Below, one piece after another: positions 40,165 through 52,654 of a stretch of DNA of 64,000 bases. Source of the stretch: Octopus vulgaris (taxonomy: Eukaryota); NCBI GenBank assembly GCA_951406725.2, contig OX597815.1, forward strand, positions 46,934,001 through 46,998,000, in the 5' to 3' direction. Each line of letters begins with the position of its first letter. The first letter of the stretch is position 1. The translations under genes were made by a program, and so were the position numbers. The notes below the pieces were generated by a model. It did not search any database, was not told the origin of the DNA, and was given only the letters and a program-made list of their open reading frames with translations.

Positions 40165-40210
40165 TCTTACAGCTCTTTCCAGGATATTTTATATATCCCT
40201 TCATCGGAGA
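40165..40210 (-). ncRNA. Minimal hammerhead motif, CCGAUGA core variant
   Basis: rc: TCT-CCGATGA-A-GGGATAT-ATAAA-ATATCCT-G-GAAA-GAGCTG-TA-AGA, inside a ~290-bp insert (40120-40410) between microsatellites. Confidence 0.6.
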
Positions 40211-40453
40211 TCTTTCACAGCCTTGGAGTTTTATCTCATTCTGAAAAATTTCTATGTATACACATGCTGATATATGGCCTACGTTGGACTCCTTATTCGT
40301 ATAATCACCGAACCTGGAGCTTAACTATAGTCTGTCCATGGCACTTACTAGGCATTATCTGATAGCTTTGGGTCTTATTGAAACCATTATCTCTCATAAC
40401 CTCTACACTCATGTACATACATACATACATACATACATACATACATACATACA

Positions 40454-40487
<34 letters not shown>

Positions 40488-40577
40488 CTCTCATATATAT
40501 ATATACTTATATATATATCTACTCATCTGTATATGTATATGTATATATATATATACACACACACTCACATATATATA

Positions 40578-40639
<62 letters not shown>

Positions 40640-40844
40640 TATACTCATATTTTTTGTAGCTTCAGTTCAAAGCTGCGGCCATGCTGTGGCACCGCCGTTT
40701 TGCTACACTGTTATTATTGAGAGCCGTTCTGGTATTGGAGTAGCTTTCAGTGCCAAAACTTGGCACAATTCCTTCCAGGATCTTCCATATGTATGTTATT
40801 GCATACCTCTCCCGCCTTCGCTCTAGGGACTAGAGTGTTAGCTG

Positions 40845-42845
40845 TTTCAGCTTTTTCCAGAAGCTGACCTGTTGTAACAAAGCTTCTTTGTGAAGCTTTG
40901 TTGGATTGCTTCAAGGTCCGCTGTTAATTTTACACTGTTGGGTAACCATAGCTGGGAGCAATAGTCCAGGCAGCTGAGGATGAATGTCCTCCAGAGAACC
41001 ATTATGGTTTCTTTCTCTCTGGACCTGAACATTCTCAAGATCCATTTAGCCAATCGTCTGGTAATGTACACTTGGAAAGAGGTACTATTTCTCATGTCGA
41101 TACCCAAGTCCCTCACTGATTGAGGCTCTGGGATTGTAATACCCTGTGGACCACTGTACCCTGTAAGTTTTGGACGCTGGTAGCACAGGGCTTAGAATTT
41201 TTCAGCATTAAATGGCACATTATTGTCCTCAGCCCATCTGAAAATTGAGTCCAACTCCTACTGCAGGTGTGCAACATTGTTGGGGTTCTGTATTTTCTGC
41301 GAGACTTTCGTATCCTCTGAGTAGCTAGCAAGGATGACTATCCAGGCACCTGAGGGGGTATCTAAGAGGGCCACTATGAAAAGTAGTGGTCCCAAAATAG
41401 TATCCTGTGTAACACTGCTCACTATTTGTGTTTTCTTTGAGGTGGTTCCATTGGCCACTACTGCCTGACTTCTAACTTTCAGAAAGTCATGTCACCACTC
41501 TCCAAGTTTTCCAGCTATCCTAAGATCACGCAGTTTGTGACAAATCATACCATGATTCACTTTATCAAAAGCTTTTGCATAGTCAAGGTATATTACGTCC
41601 ACATTTGAGTTATTGAGTAACTGCCTCAACACCCAGTCATAGTGCTGTAAGAGTTGGGTCAGGTAGCTCCTACCTGGTCGAAAGCCATGCTGGTTATTAC
41701 TCAGCAAGTTGTTTTCTTTAAGGAATGCGATTAGTTTGCCTCTGACTACCCGTTCTATGACTTTCCTGATGTGTGAAGTCAGAGAGATAAGCCTGTTCTG
41801 CTTCCTCCTTCATGGATAGGGCATATTATTCCCTCCTTCAGTTTGCTTAGCAGCCTGACATTTGCAAGAAAGCTCTGGAAGAGAATCTGTAGAGGTTTCG
41901 CCAGGGCACGCTTACACGATTTGAGGAGGATTACTGTGAAACCATCAGGACCAGCAGTTGAGTTTGTATCTACCTTATCTATAGCTAGTTGTATATCTTC
42001 TTCATTAGTGTCGATGTAATCCATCTTAACTGCCTCGCTGGTTATAGTTGAGGCGGCAAAGAAATCCACAGGTTCGTTCACTTGTCTGTGTTCCAGTGGG
42101 GTGGTAAAGACACTTTTGAACTGGTCATTCATTACCTCACTGATCCTGGTTGGACTATCTGTGAGGGAGCCATCCTTTTGGAAGAGGGGTCCTATTCTGC
42201 AGCATACTGAGGCTGTTTCTTTAGCATAATGAAAGAAGGCCTTTGGGTTTGACTTAATGTTTTTTATAATGCAGGCTTCTTTGTCTGCTCTCTCTCCCTC
42301 ACATAGGATTGTTTCAATCACCATCAGTGTTGCTTTTAGGCAGGACCTTTCACTACTTTTGGAATGTTGGCTGAAGCGATTTTAAACCTTCGTCCGTCGT
42401 CTCATGAGGATCTTCCTCACCCTTGGAATCTCGATCCTTTTTGCGTTAGCCTTGTACTCTGGGGCATATTTCTGGCATATGGTTTGCATAGCAAACATAA
42501 AATATTCTAGTTTCATGCCAATGTCTGGTGTAGAGAGACATTTCGGCCTGTCCTGTCTGAGGATTTCTTTTTGGATCGATTTCCAGTCAGCTTTGTGGAA
42601 GTTCGGATTGGAGAGATTTTGGGTGCTTCATTTAGGTTGTGTGTCGCTGATTACTTTTGTTCCATACATATACAGCTCTATTATGTTGTTATTCGAAACT
42701 AGTGTCGGCGTCACTTTCACATCATGAACGATGCCCATATTGTTCATGAAGCAGAGATCCAAAATGTTATTCATCCTGGTTGGCCTGAATACAACTTGCC
42801 CCATGAATATTGTTTGGGGAGGTTGAGCAGGGACTCCACCTGTGC
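40845..42845 (-). mobile_element. Decayed CR1/L2-group LINE ORF2 (end of APE endonuclease + RT)
   Basis: PTRMNNILDLCF, NIKSNPKAFFHY, AGPDGF, NQHGFRPGRSYLTQLL, VDVIYLDYAKAFDKV, QDTILGPLLF, SYSEDTK (YADD), RDLGI, LDYCSQLW; many stops and frameshifts. Confidence 0.92.
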
Positions 42846-42953
42846 TTGTTTGCAATGAGTCACATGAATATGCAGAATACATACAAACGTACACACATAC
42901 ATATATGCATACGCACACACACATGCATACATACATTCATACATACATACATG

Positions 42954-42985
<32 letters not shown>

Positions 42986-43416
42986 CATACATACATTCAT
43001 ATATACATTCATATATACATACATACATACATGTGTATGCGCACACACACTGGCACACACACATGCACACAAACAAACAAAAAGAACGCAGCTTAAATAA
43101 CGGAGAGAGTCAACAACTATTATAAAGGTTGCAAGACGCAACGAGAATTTTAGAAAAATATATAAGTAAATGAGTGGAAATTTTACCAGTGAGTGTGTTA
43201 AATTATAAGGCCCTGAAAGAGAATGACTCTTCCCAGAAACTACAGAATATGCTTCAACACACAAACTCACATAATGAATCTTGCAAACCAAATCCAAACA
43301 CACATACACACACACATATTATATATATATATATATATACACACACAGTTGCGCAGATTCACACTTGCATGCGCATATGAACAAAACAGTTTTGTGTTTC
43401 TAATAAGATATATGCT

Positions 43417-43474
<58 letters not shown>

Positions 43475-43630
43475 GTTTGTGTGTGTGGTGCATAGGTGCA
43501 CACACACACATCACAAACACACACATATATTCCTGTACATTTGTATACAGACATATAGACATATATGTATACGCATATACGTATACATACATATATATAT
43601 GTATATATGTGTGTATATATATATATATAT

Positions 43631-45587
43631 CTTTCCATCCAGCCCTCCACTTCACTTCCACTATCTCCAACACCTCTGTCTCCTTCCTCGACATTTCGGT
43701 TACCATTCTTCACTCCACTCTTACCACCTCCATTCACTACAAACACACAGACTCACACTCATACCTCAACTTCTCTTCCTCCCACCCAGAACACACCAAG
43801 CTTTCCATCCCCTATTCCCAATTCCTCCGTCTACGTAGGCTCTGTAGTGACGACCATGACTATGAGACTCAGTCTCAACGTATGGCTCACCACTTCACCC
43901 TACGTGGATACCCCCTCACCACTATCCACACCGCCCTTGCCAGAGCACGGTCCGTGGACCGTGTATCTGCTCTCTCTCCCCGAACCCGCCCTGTAGTCTC
44001 CCGCCTCCCTTTTCCCCTCACTTACCACCCCACGACCCTACGTCTCCAACGCACCATTCTTCGAGCTTTCCGTCATCTCCAGTCCGACCCGTCCACTTCA
44101 CACCTCTTCCCTAACCGACCCCTCCCCTCTTTCAAACGAGCCCACAACTTTCGAGACCTTTTGGTCCATAGCTACTTCCCTGACCCTACCTCCCAACCCG
44201 GCTCGTTCCCCTGCTCCCGCCCACGTTGGCGCACTTGCCCTTACCTCTCCAACACCACCCGCCTCACTAGCACCCACCATCGACCCTATCCCATCATCCA
44301 CTCCTTCACCTGCACCTCCAGCAATATTATCTATTGCATCTCTTGCTCTCTCTGCAATTCCTTGTACATCGGACAAACGGGACGCCGCTTGGCTGACCGG
44401 TTCGCGGAACACCTTCGTGACATCCACCTTGCGAACGACACACCGGTCTCACGCCATTTCCGCTCCACCGGTCACTCCTTGCAACACCTATCTGTGTTCG
44501 GTTTGTCCTTACACAGAGGCCATCCGGATTCCCGTTTGCGCCGTGAACAGGAATTAATCTTCTCTCTTCGCTCTTATACGCCATTTGGTCTCAACTCTCC
44601 CCCCTCCTCATCTAACCCCCCTCTCCCCCTCCTCACCTATCCTTTCTCCCCCGACCCCTACTTCTTCAGTCCTTCATCCTTTCACCCCTACTCCCCTTCC
44701 CTTCTTCCCTCTTTCTCCCTCCCTCTTCCCCTTCCCTCTGCTCCCTCACTCCCTCTCTCCCCTTCTCTCTCCCCCTCTCCCTCTTTCCTCATTCATCCCC
44801 CTCCTCCCCTTCCTTCTCCCCCATCCTCTCCTTCTCCCCCTTCTCCTCCCCCTCTTCTTCCCCTCCCCTTCTCCCCCTCTTCTCCCCCTCCCCCTCTTCT
44901 CCTCACTACACCACATGACTTTACACATCACATCACATATGATGTGCCATACTAATACACACACCAACTAATACATACTAATACGTACTAATACATACTA
45001 GTACATACTAATACTTACACCAACCCTATACATACACACGTCCAGACCCCGCATACGCACTTATACTCTCTCACACACACACACACAAACCTATACATAC
45101 CAATACGTACTAATACATACTAATACATACTAATACATACACCAACCCCATACATACGCACGTCCAGACCAATCCTACGCACTAATACTCTCTCATACAC
45201 ACACACACACACACACCCTTATACATACTAATACATACACCAACCCTATACATACACACATCCAGACCCCTCCCACGCACTTTTAGCTGGTCCCTCAACC
45301 CTTTTATCAACCCTATTATCTCCCCTTATTTCGCTCTCGCGTCTCATGTTTGATCTTTGACCTCTGGCCGAAATCAGATCGCCATGTTGATTCGTTAGCT
45401 ACTGCACGCATTTTTTTCTCTCCTTCTTTCTGTGTTTTTCTCTCTCTATGTATCTTTCTGTTGAAGAGCGTAGGCTCGAAACGTTAAAGACTTGTTTTAT
45501 TTATATTTCCTGAGCGCCATACTAATACAATTGTTCGTTTGTTTTCCACCTGCCTTCGTCTGTTGTTTATTTTCATAAAGCTTCCCG

Positions 45588-45589
<2 letters not shown>
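43631..45589 (+). mobile_element. 5'-truncated Neptune-type Penelope-like retroelement inserted in (TA)n
   Basis: Open frame ~43631-44600: FLDISV (RT end), [41 protein letters not shown] linker, IIYCISCSLC...YIGQTGRRLADRFAEH, RE...PFGLN (GIY-YIG); then CT-rich tract, short tandem repeats and a pLTR-like end. Confidence 0.93.
45453..45490 (+). ncRNA. Minimal hammerhead motif of the Neptune pLTR, CUGUUGA core variant
   Basis: TCTTT-CTGTTGA-A-GAGC-GTAG-GCTC-GAAA-CG-TT-AAAGA; helix I 5 bp, helix II 4 bp, palindromic AACGTT helix III. Confidence 0.75.
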
Positions 45590-45622
<33 letters not shown>

Positions 45623-45998
45623 TACATGTACATATGTATACATGTGTATACATACGCATGCTTACACACTCATACACACCCACACATATATACATGTACA
45701 CGCAATCTTGTTTACAGAGAATAAACGTACGACTAACATAGGAAGACATACCTACAGAACTACCAAAACACATACACACTTGAAAACATCTTCATACAAG
45801 ATTCAAACAAGCAGCGACCATGAGAAATATAGATACACACTTGTAAACAAACGTCAGTCTAAAATCACCTTCTCATACAAACATTCTCCCAAAATACATG
45901 TACGATCTTATATGGAAGCACTTATGCAGCAGCGGTAAGAACAGACAACATGACATACATGAAAATGAAACTACACAGCTATCAGACATATTCCAACT

Positions 45999-46118
45999 CA
46001 GTGGTTCTGTACTCTTTTTTGCCTATGGGCCCTTTTGATTCCCGTTTTACTCTACTGGGCCTCTGTAGCCATTCAATGTATATATAAATAAAACCTTACT
46101 GTATTTTTATAATCAAAT
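45999..46118 (+). mobile_element. Left end of a hAT-like MITE (same family as 8584)
   Basis: CAGTGGTTCT start; homology to 8584-8663. Confidence 0.6.
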
Positions 46119-46274
46119 AGGCGCAGGAGTGGCTGTGTAGTCAGAAGCTTGCTTTTGAGCTCGGGTTCGGGTTCAGTGCTACTGCATGACACTTTGAGCA
46201 GGTGTCTTCTATAGCCACGGGCCAACCAATACCTCGTGAATGGATGTGGTAGACGAAAACTGAAAAAAACCTTG

Positions 46275-46356
<82 letters not shown>

Positions 46357-46538
46357 CGTGTGTATGTGTGCCTGTGTGTGTAGGAGTGGCTGTGTGGTAA
46401 GTAGCTTGCATACAAACCACATGGTTCCGGGTTCAGTCCCACTGCGTGACACCTAGGGCAATTGTCTTCTACTATAGCCACGGCCCGACCAACGCCTTGT
46501 GAGTGGATTTGGTAGACGGAAACTGAAAGAAGCCCGTC

Positions 46539-46591
<53 letters not shown>

Positions 46592-46800
46592 TGTGTATAT
46601 GTTTGTTTTCTCCCAGCATCGCTTGACAACCTATGCTGGTGTGTTTACGCCCCCGTAACTTAGCGGTTCGGCAAAAAGAGACCGATAAAATAAGTACTAG
46701 GCTTACAAAACAATAAGTCCTGCGGTCGATTTGCTCGACTAAAAGGCGGTGCTCCAGCATGGCCATAGTCAAATGACTGAAATAAGTAAAAGAGTAAAAG
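46119..46800 (+). mobile_element. Family B SINE head followed by a complete family B SINE
   Basis: GGCGCAGGAGTGGCTGTG head at 46120, second head at ~46382, (TA)n, tail ending GACTGAAATAAGTAAAAGAG. Confidence 0.9.
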
Positions 46801-46803
46801 CGT

Positions 46804-46852
<49 letters not shown>

Positions 46853-47188
46853 CATACATATATATCCAAAATGAGTTTAAAGGGATAATATAATCGTGTT
46901 TCCCCTTAAATCGTTTTCATATGCCAAATAAACACAACGGTCCTTTAGTGATACCCGAGTTAACAATAAGTTGCTAGACTCTGGTTATCATTCTCGCTTG
47001 GTAAATCCGAGTATTCTATTCAGAACTGCATAGTTTCCGTAGAGTAAGTAATAATACTAATAGTGTTATTTCCAGTGATTAACAGTTATTTATGAAAGAA
47101 TGCTGTAAATAACTGAAAATAACTGTTTAATAGAATTATATATGTGGAAAATCTCCGTTTTCGTTATTATTATTAATATTATCTGTGA

Positions 47189-47580
47189 AAGGCGGCGAGC
47201 TGGCAGAATCGTTAGCACGCTGGGCGAAATGCTTAGCGGTATTTCGTCTGTCGTTACGTTCTGAGTTCAAATTCCGCCGAGGTCGACTTTGCCTTTCATC
47301 CATTCGGGGTCGATTAAATAAGTACCAATTACGCACTGGGTCGATGTAATCGACTTAATACCTATGTCTGTCCTTGTTTGTCCGCTCTGTGTTTAGCCCC
47401 TTGTGGGTAATAAAGAAATAGGTATTTCGTCTGCCGCTACGTTCTGAGTTCAAATTCCGCCGAGGTTGACTTTGCCTTTCTTCCTCTGCCAGTTATGCAC
47501 TGGGATCAATATAATCGACTTAATCCGTTTGTCCTTATTTGTCCCCTCTATGTTTAACCCCTTGTGGGCCATAAAGAAAT
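47189..47580 (+). mobile_element. Dimeric SINE family A copy
   Basis: Head AAGGCGGCGAGCTGG; junction AAAGAAATA|GGTATTTCG at 47420/47421. Confidence 0.9.
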
Positions 47581-47675
47581 ATATATGTATATGTTAACAC
47601 ACACACACACATACACACACACACCTATTTACATGCACACATTTATGTATGTATGTACATCTGTATGCAAGTAAG

Positions 47676-47709
<34 letters not shown>

Positions 47710-48451
47710 GGAGAGAGAGACAGAGAAAGAGTGGGAGAAGAGAGAGAGAGAGAGTGTGTGTGTGTGTGTGCGTGCGTTTGTGTGTAATCGATTCAAGTGT
47801 TAAAGCGCCTGTCTAGCATACGAGGCGTACTGGGATCAATGGCCGAATTATCCATCTGCTCCAAATTTCAATAGTGGTGCTTTAGCATAATCAAAGCTCA
47901 CAGGCAGAAGCAGGTAAAGGAATAAAAAAAAAAGTACCCTGGCATATACAACGGTTTTACATTGACTGTTGTTAAGGTTGACGTCACTTCAGACGCGCTG
48001 GTCGATCGCCTCCAGTCACTTGACGTTGGTCAAATCAAGACAACAGAAGGAAACATTTGTCCAAAGCTATCGCACAGTGGAATGAACCCACGGACAACGA
48101 ATCTGTAAAGTGAAAGTTTTAACGACACAACTCCGTCTATATTTATACTCCTAAGCTTACTACATTATTTTATTGAAGGCATATGTTTAGAATTAAATTT
48201 TTCCCTCCCCCTTTGGAAATAAAGGGGTACGAAGTGTATTATAATGGAATAGTTTTAATATACATTAAGTTATTATACTCTTAATTATATCAGCCAAAGC
48301 ATTTCCAATTAGTTGTTTTTAACATGAAACTAATCTGAGCTTAGCGAAAGCTAAAACGTAAAATTAAGTTGTACATGTTAAGTATCATGTTAAAATCCTA
48401 TTGGGCATATATCTGTGAAAGATTCTGAAATGCTGAAACTTATAGACAGGA

Positions 48452-48507
<56 letters not shown>

Positions 48508-48662
48508 GTGTGTGTGTGCGTCTTATATGTGTGTACGTATGTGTTATATGTATATGTATAGAGCGCTTTCAGCATGACCAAACTAAATTAAATGAAGTCT
48601 ATCAGAATTATAAAAGCTAAACATCTTACTTAAAATGATGTTTCTTGTTTTGAGAGGCGGAG

Positions 48663-48698
<36 letters not shown>

Positions 48699-48705
<7 letters not shown>

Positions 48706-48981
48706 TTCATAAATAAGGGCAAACGAAAAAATTTCTAATGCCAAATATGCCGTAAAATTGGACATATTGTCCATTAACCATATAAATTTTGTGAAAAAAT
48801 TATATGGTTAATGGACAATATGTCCAATTTTTCGGCATATTTGGCATTAGAAATTTTTTCGTTTGCCCTTATTTATGAATTGTTTATAAATTTAACCTTT
48901 AAAGGTATTTTTTATTATGCTGGCCATTGATAAAATTTTTTTCGAAAAGAATTTTTTTCGAAAAAAAATTTATCCTACATT

Positions 48982-48985
<4 letters not shown>
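48699..48985 (+). mobile_element. (TA)n insert with an ~87-bp tail-to-tail inverted head
   Basis: 48699-48785 is the near-perfect reverse complement of 48800-48886; ~100 bp unique tail follows; (TA)n on both sides. Confidence 0.7.
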
Positions 48986-49031
<46 letters not shown>

Positions 49032-49159
49032 ATATATTTACTTAAATGAAATGTTTAAATTTATAAGGGAGATCCCTGAAATTACAAGGGAAATTTATAA
49101 AGAAAATCATTGAGACTGGGAAAAGTTCATACCATATATGAGTGCAAAGCTGACCTGCC

Positions 49160-49215
<56 letters not shown>

Positions 49216-49752
49216 TCTCTCCCAGTCTGATCTAAGTGTACCGCATTATTTTAATGACAGCTGCGTGTTTCTAGGAAAATTTCATCGCTTTTTGTAGTGG
49301 GTTGAGCGCCCACACTGGTTTGAGTGCGAGTGATTTTATTATAGTGTAGTACTGTAGCACTGATTCTGCGCTACAGTGGTGGCGTTAGTTACATTCATTA
49401 ACCAGTACTGCAAATCTACCGTGACACCGTGATCCTAAATACCAAGGATAGTATGGAACTGTAATACTATCCTTGATATTTAGCCGAAAGCCTGCTCTAA
49501 TGGAATATACCAATATTCTTTGTTTAAATACATAATTTACTAGCGCTACATTTTCTAACGGCCACTTCATTTTAAAGATCGGTGTGCTTTTAAGAACGTG
49601 GATCATCTATGGTCGCTATGTTTGCAGATCAGTCGTTAATCCGAACAGGTCTGCAGTAATCTAATCAGTCATGGGCAAAATGCAACCGGCGGTACTTCTT
49701 GAATGGCTCACCTAAATGAAAAATTACCTTGAATCTTTTTAGTAGTGCACTT

Positions 49753-49867
49753 CGCCTGATGATGATCCACGTCTCATGTGGTCCGCCTAATGACAATCCA
49801 CGTCTCATACAGTCCACTTAATGATGATCCACGTCTCGTGTGGTCCGCCTGATGATGATCCACGTCT
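49753..49867. repeat. 31-bp minisatellite, ~3.7 copies
   Basis: Unit CGCCTGATGATGATCCACGTCTC(A/G)TGTGGTC at 49753, 49784, 49815, 49846. Confidence 0.92.
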
Positions 49868-51423
49868 TTCATTACACACCAGCATCACAGTGACCAAAAC
49901 CAGCACCATTGCTACCACAATGACCAAAGCCAACAGCCTCGTCATCACAACTGCGAACAAATCATCGCCATTTCGAACTCACCAACGACTAGCATCAAAA
50001 TTCTCCTCTACCACCATCGTATCAGCAATCACTTCATCACCATTAACACTAACAAAACTATTATCAATAACATTTATTATCAACAAAACTGAAAAGAAAC
50101 ATCACTCATCTTCCCGTACTAAGACCTATACCACCAAAAACAAAATCACCTCCACCACCAACAACATCATGGCCACTACTATTGTTAGCAACATCTCGAC
50201 AGTAATCCCCCCTACTATCGCATCCACCATTACTATCATCACTACCCCAAAACTGCTTCCATCTCCACCATCACCAGTACTACAACCATCACTGCCACCA
50301 ACAGCAACACTATGACCACCACTATTGTTAACAGCATCACAACAGAAATTACACCTCACCATCACATCCACCACCAGTACCATCATCACTACAACCATCA
50401 CCACGGCTATTTTCACCCCATCACACTCTAGAAAAGAATACGTAAGGTAACGTTGGTTTCGGTTTCCTATATATGTAGGTAACAATTGGGATGGTAACGG
50501 TAGGAATATCATAAGTCAGTAGGTTCACAGCTAAGCTGAGCTAAAATACAATTCCAAGAACAACCATCAAAAACCACTAGACCCAGCACCAACAACAGCA
50601 GCAGAACCACCACCACCACCACCACGTTTTAGAAAAGAATTCATAGACTTACGTAGGATAATGTTGGACCAAGTTTTCTTGAATATATAAGCTGGAATGG
50701 TCACGGTAGGAATGTCTTTGGTCATAGAACAGTAGGATTACAGATAAATTGGGCTAAGAAAAAAACCCACTCCCAAGAACGCCCATCTACAACCACCACC
50801 ACCACCACGCTTTAGGAAAGAGAATTCGTAGGCTAACGTATCGGAATGGTCACGTCAGGAACGTCTTTGATCAGGTCTGTATGATCGTTTAGCTAACCTC
50901 GGCTAAACAACCACAACAACGACGACCCCCTACCCCACCCCCCAGCTATAGAGACGTTATAGACACCAACACAATCGCCACTCGCGCCCACAATTCCCAC
51001 ATTTCACCTTACTACCTGGCCATTCAGCACACGCGTAATGAAGACGTCGAAAAGTCGCTTACTCGATTCTAATCAACTAGCACGCGCAGAGGCACACGCA
51101 AACACAGAGCGAAACTATCATAATACTACGCAAAAACCACCGTGCCTACACACACACACACACTTTCATTTTGATATATGTGAGACTGATTTTATTTTCC
51201 TATATATTTCGTCGTTCGTTTGTATAAGTGAGAGTGTGTGAGGGTGTTGTGTGTGTTTCTTAATTATTGCTATTATTGTTAATTTTCTTTTTTTTTCTTC
51301 TTCATATTCATTTTCGAGCTTGATGGATTACATGTTGCCCGAAGAACTAAGAAGTATAGATGCATACTGTGCACATTGCTATGTGCATACATACAGACAT
51401 ACAGTATGGCCACACACAAACTT

Positions 51424-52088
51424 ATATATATGCGTGTTTTTGTGTGAGTGTATGCAATTGTGCGTGTGTGAGCGCACGTATACAGTGTTATATATATACA
51501 CAGTATATATGCATATATAATGAAATAAATATATATATGTATATATATATACATGCATATATAATCTAATATATATATATATATATATATACATACATAT
51601 ATAATCTAATATATATATGTACACACACACATATGTATATGTAGAAATATATATATATACATCTCCCCCACCCCCTCTGTCTCTTATATATATATATATA
51701 TACATATACACACACGCACATATATGCATATATAATCGAATATATATGTACATATATATATGCGTGTTTTTGTGTGAGTGTATGCAATTGTGCGTGTGTG
51801 AGCGCACGTATATAGTGTTATATATATACACAGTATATATGCATATATAATGAAATAAATATATATATGTATATATATATACATGCATATATAATCTAAT
51901 ATATATATATATATATATATATACATACATATATAATCTAATATATATATGTACACACACACATATGTATATGTAGAAATATATATATATACATCTCCCC
52001 CACCCCCTCTGTCTCTTATATATATATATATATATATACATATACACACACGCACATATATGCATATATAATCGAATATATATGTACA
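51424..52088. repeat. Tandem duplication, 2 x ~330 bp of microsatellite-rich DNA
   Basis: TGCGTGTTTTTGTGTGAGTGTATGCAATTG at 51431 and 51761. Confidence 0.92.
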
Positions 52089-52553
52089 CACACACACAAA
52101 CACAACACAATATGTAGATAAATGTCTCCAATTATGATGAGAATGTACGTGTGTGAAAGTATATGCCGTAATGCATATATGAACATCTTATGTGTGTAAA
52201 CTAGATGAATTGAGAAATAAATTTGAAAACTTTCAAAATGACAGCCAAATTGATAATTTTACTTGTGCATGTATTGTATGTGTAGAAAATTGTATCATCT
52301 GTGTACATATACACACGTTTGCATGTGAACCTGACAATGCGTGTATATGTATGCACGCATGTATGTGTGTTTGTATTTATATGAGTAGGCGAGTGTATGC
52401 GTTTGAAAGTAGCCAATGATATCCGTTTCTGAACATCACGTATAATGTTCTGCTTTGATTGACCAACCGACCAACCGACCAACCTACCTACTTACATACA
52501 TACACACCTACCTACCTAGCTATCTATTTATTTATTGTCTATCTATCTATCTT

Positions 52554-52652
<99 letters not shown>

Positions 52653-52654
52653 GT

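Noticed and set aside
43471-44955. 494-aa ORF as a complete gene
   Set aside because: The first ~53 codons are microsatellite and the last ~120 are a CT-rich tract; only the middle is Penelope coding, and most of the RT is missing.
49753-49867. CRISPR array, tandem hammerheads or C/D snoRNAs (CTGATGA/TGATGA repeats)
   Set aside because: Contiguous units with no unique spacers and no cas genes; no GAAA/helix II; no terminal stem or evident guide.
49821-50315. Thr/Ser-rich mucin-like ORF
   Set aside because: Translation of a degenerate (CCA/CAT/CAA)n tract that starts in a minisatellite; no splice or signal evidence.
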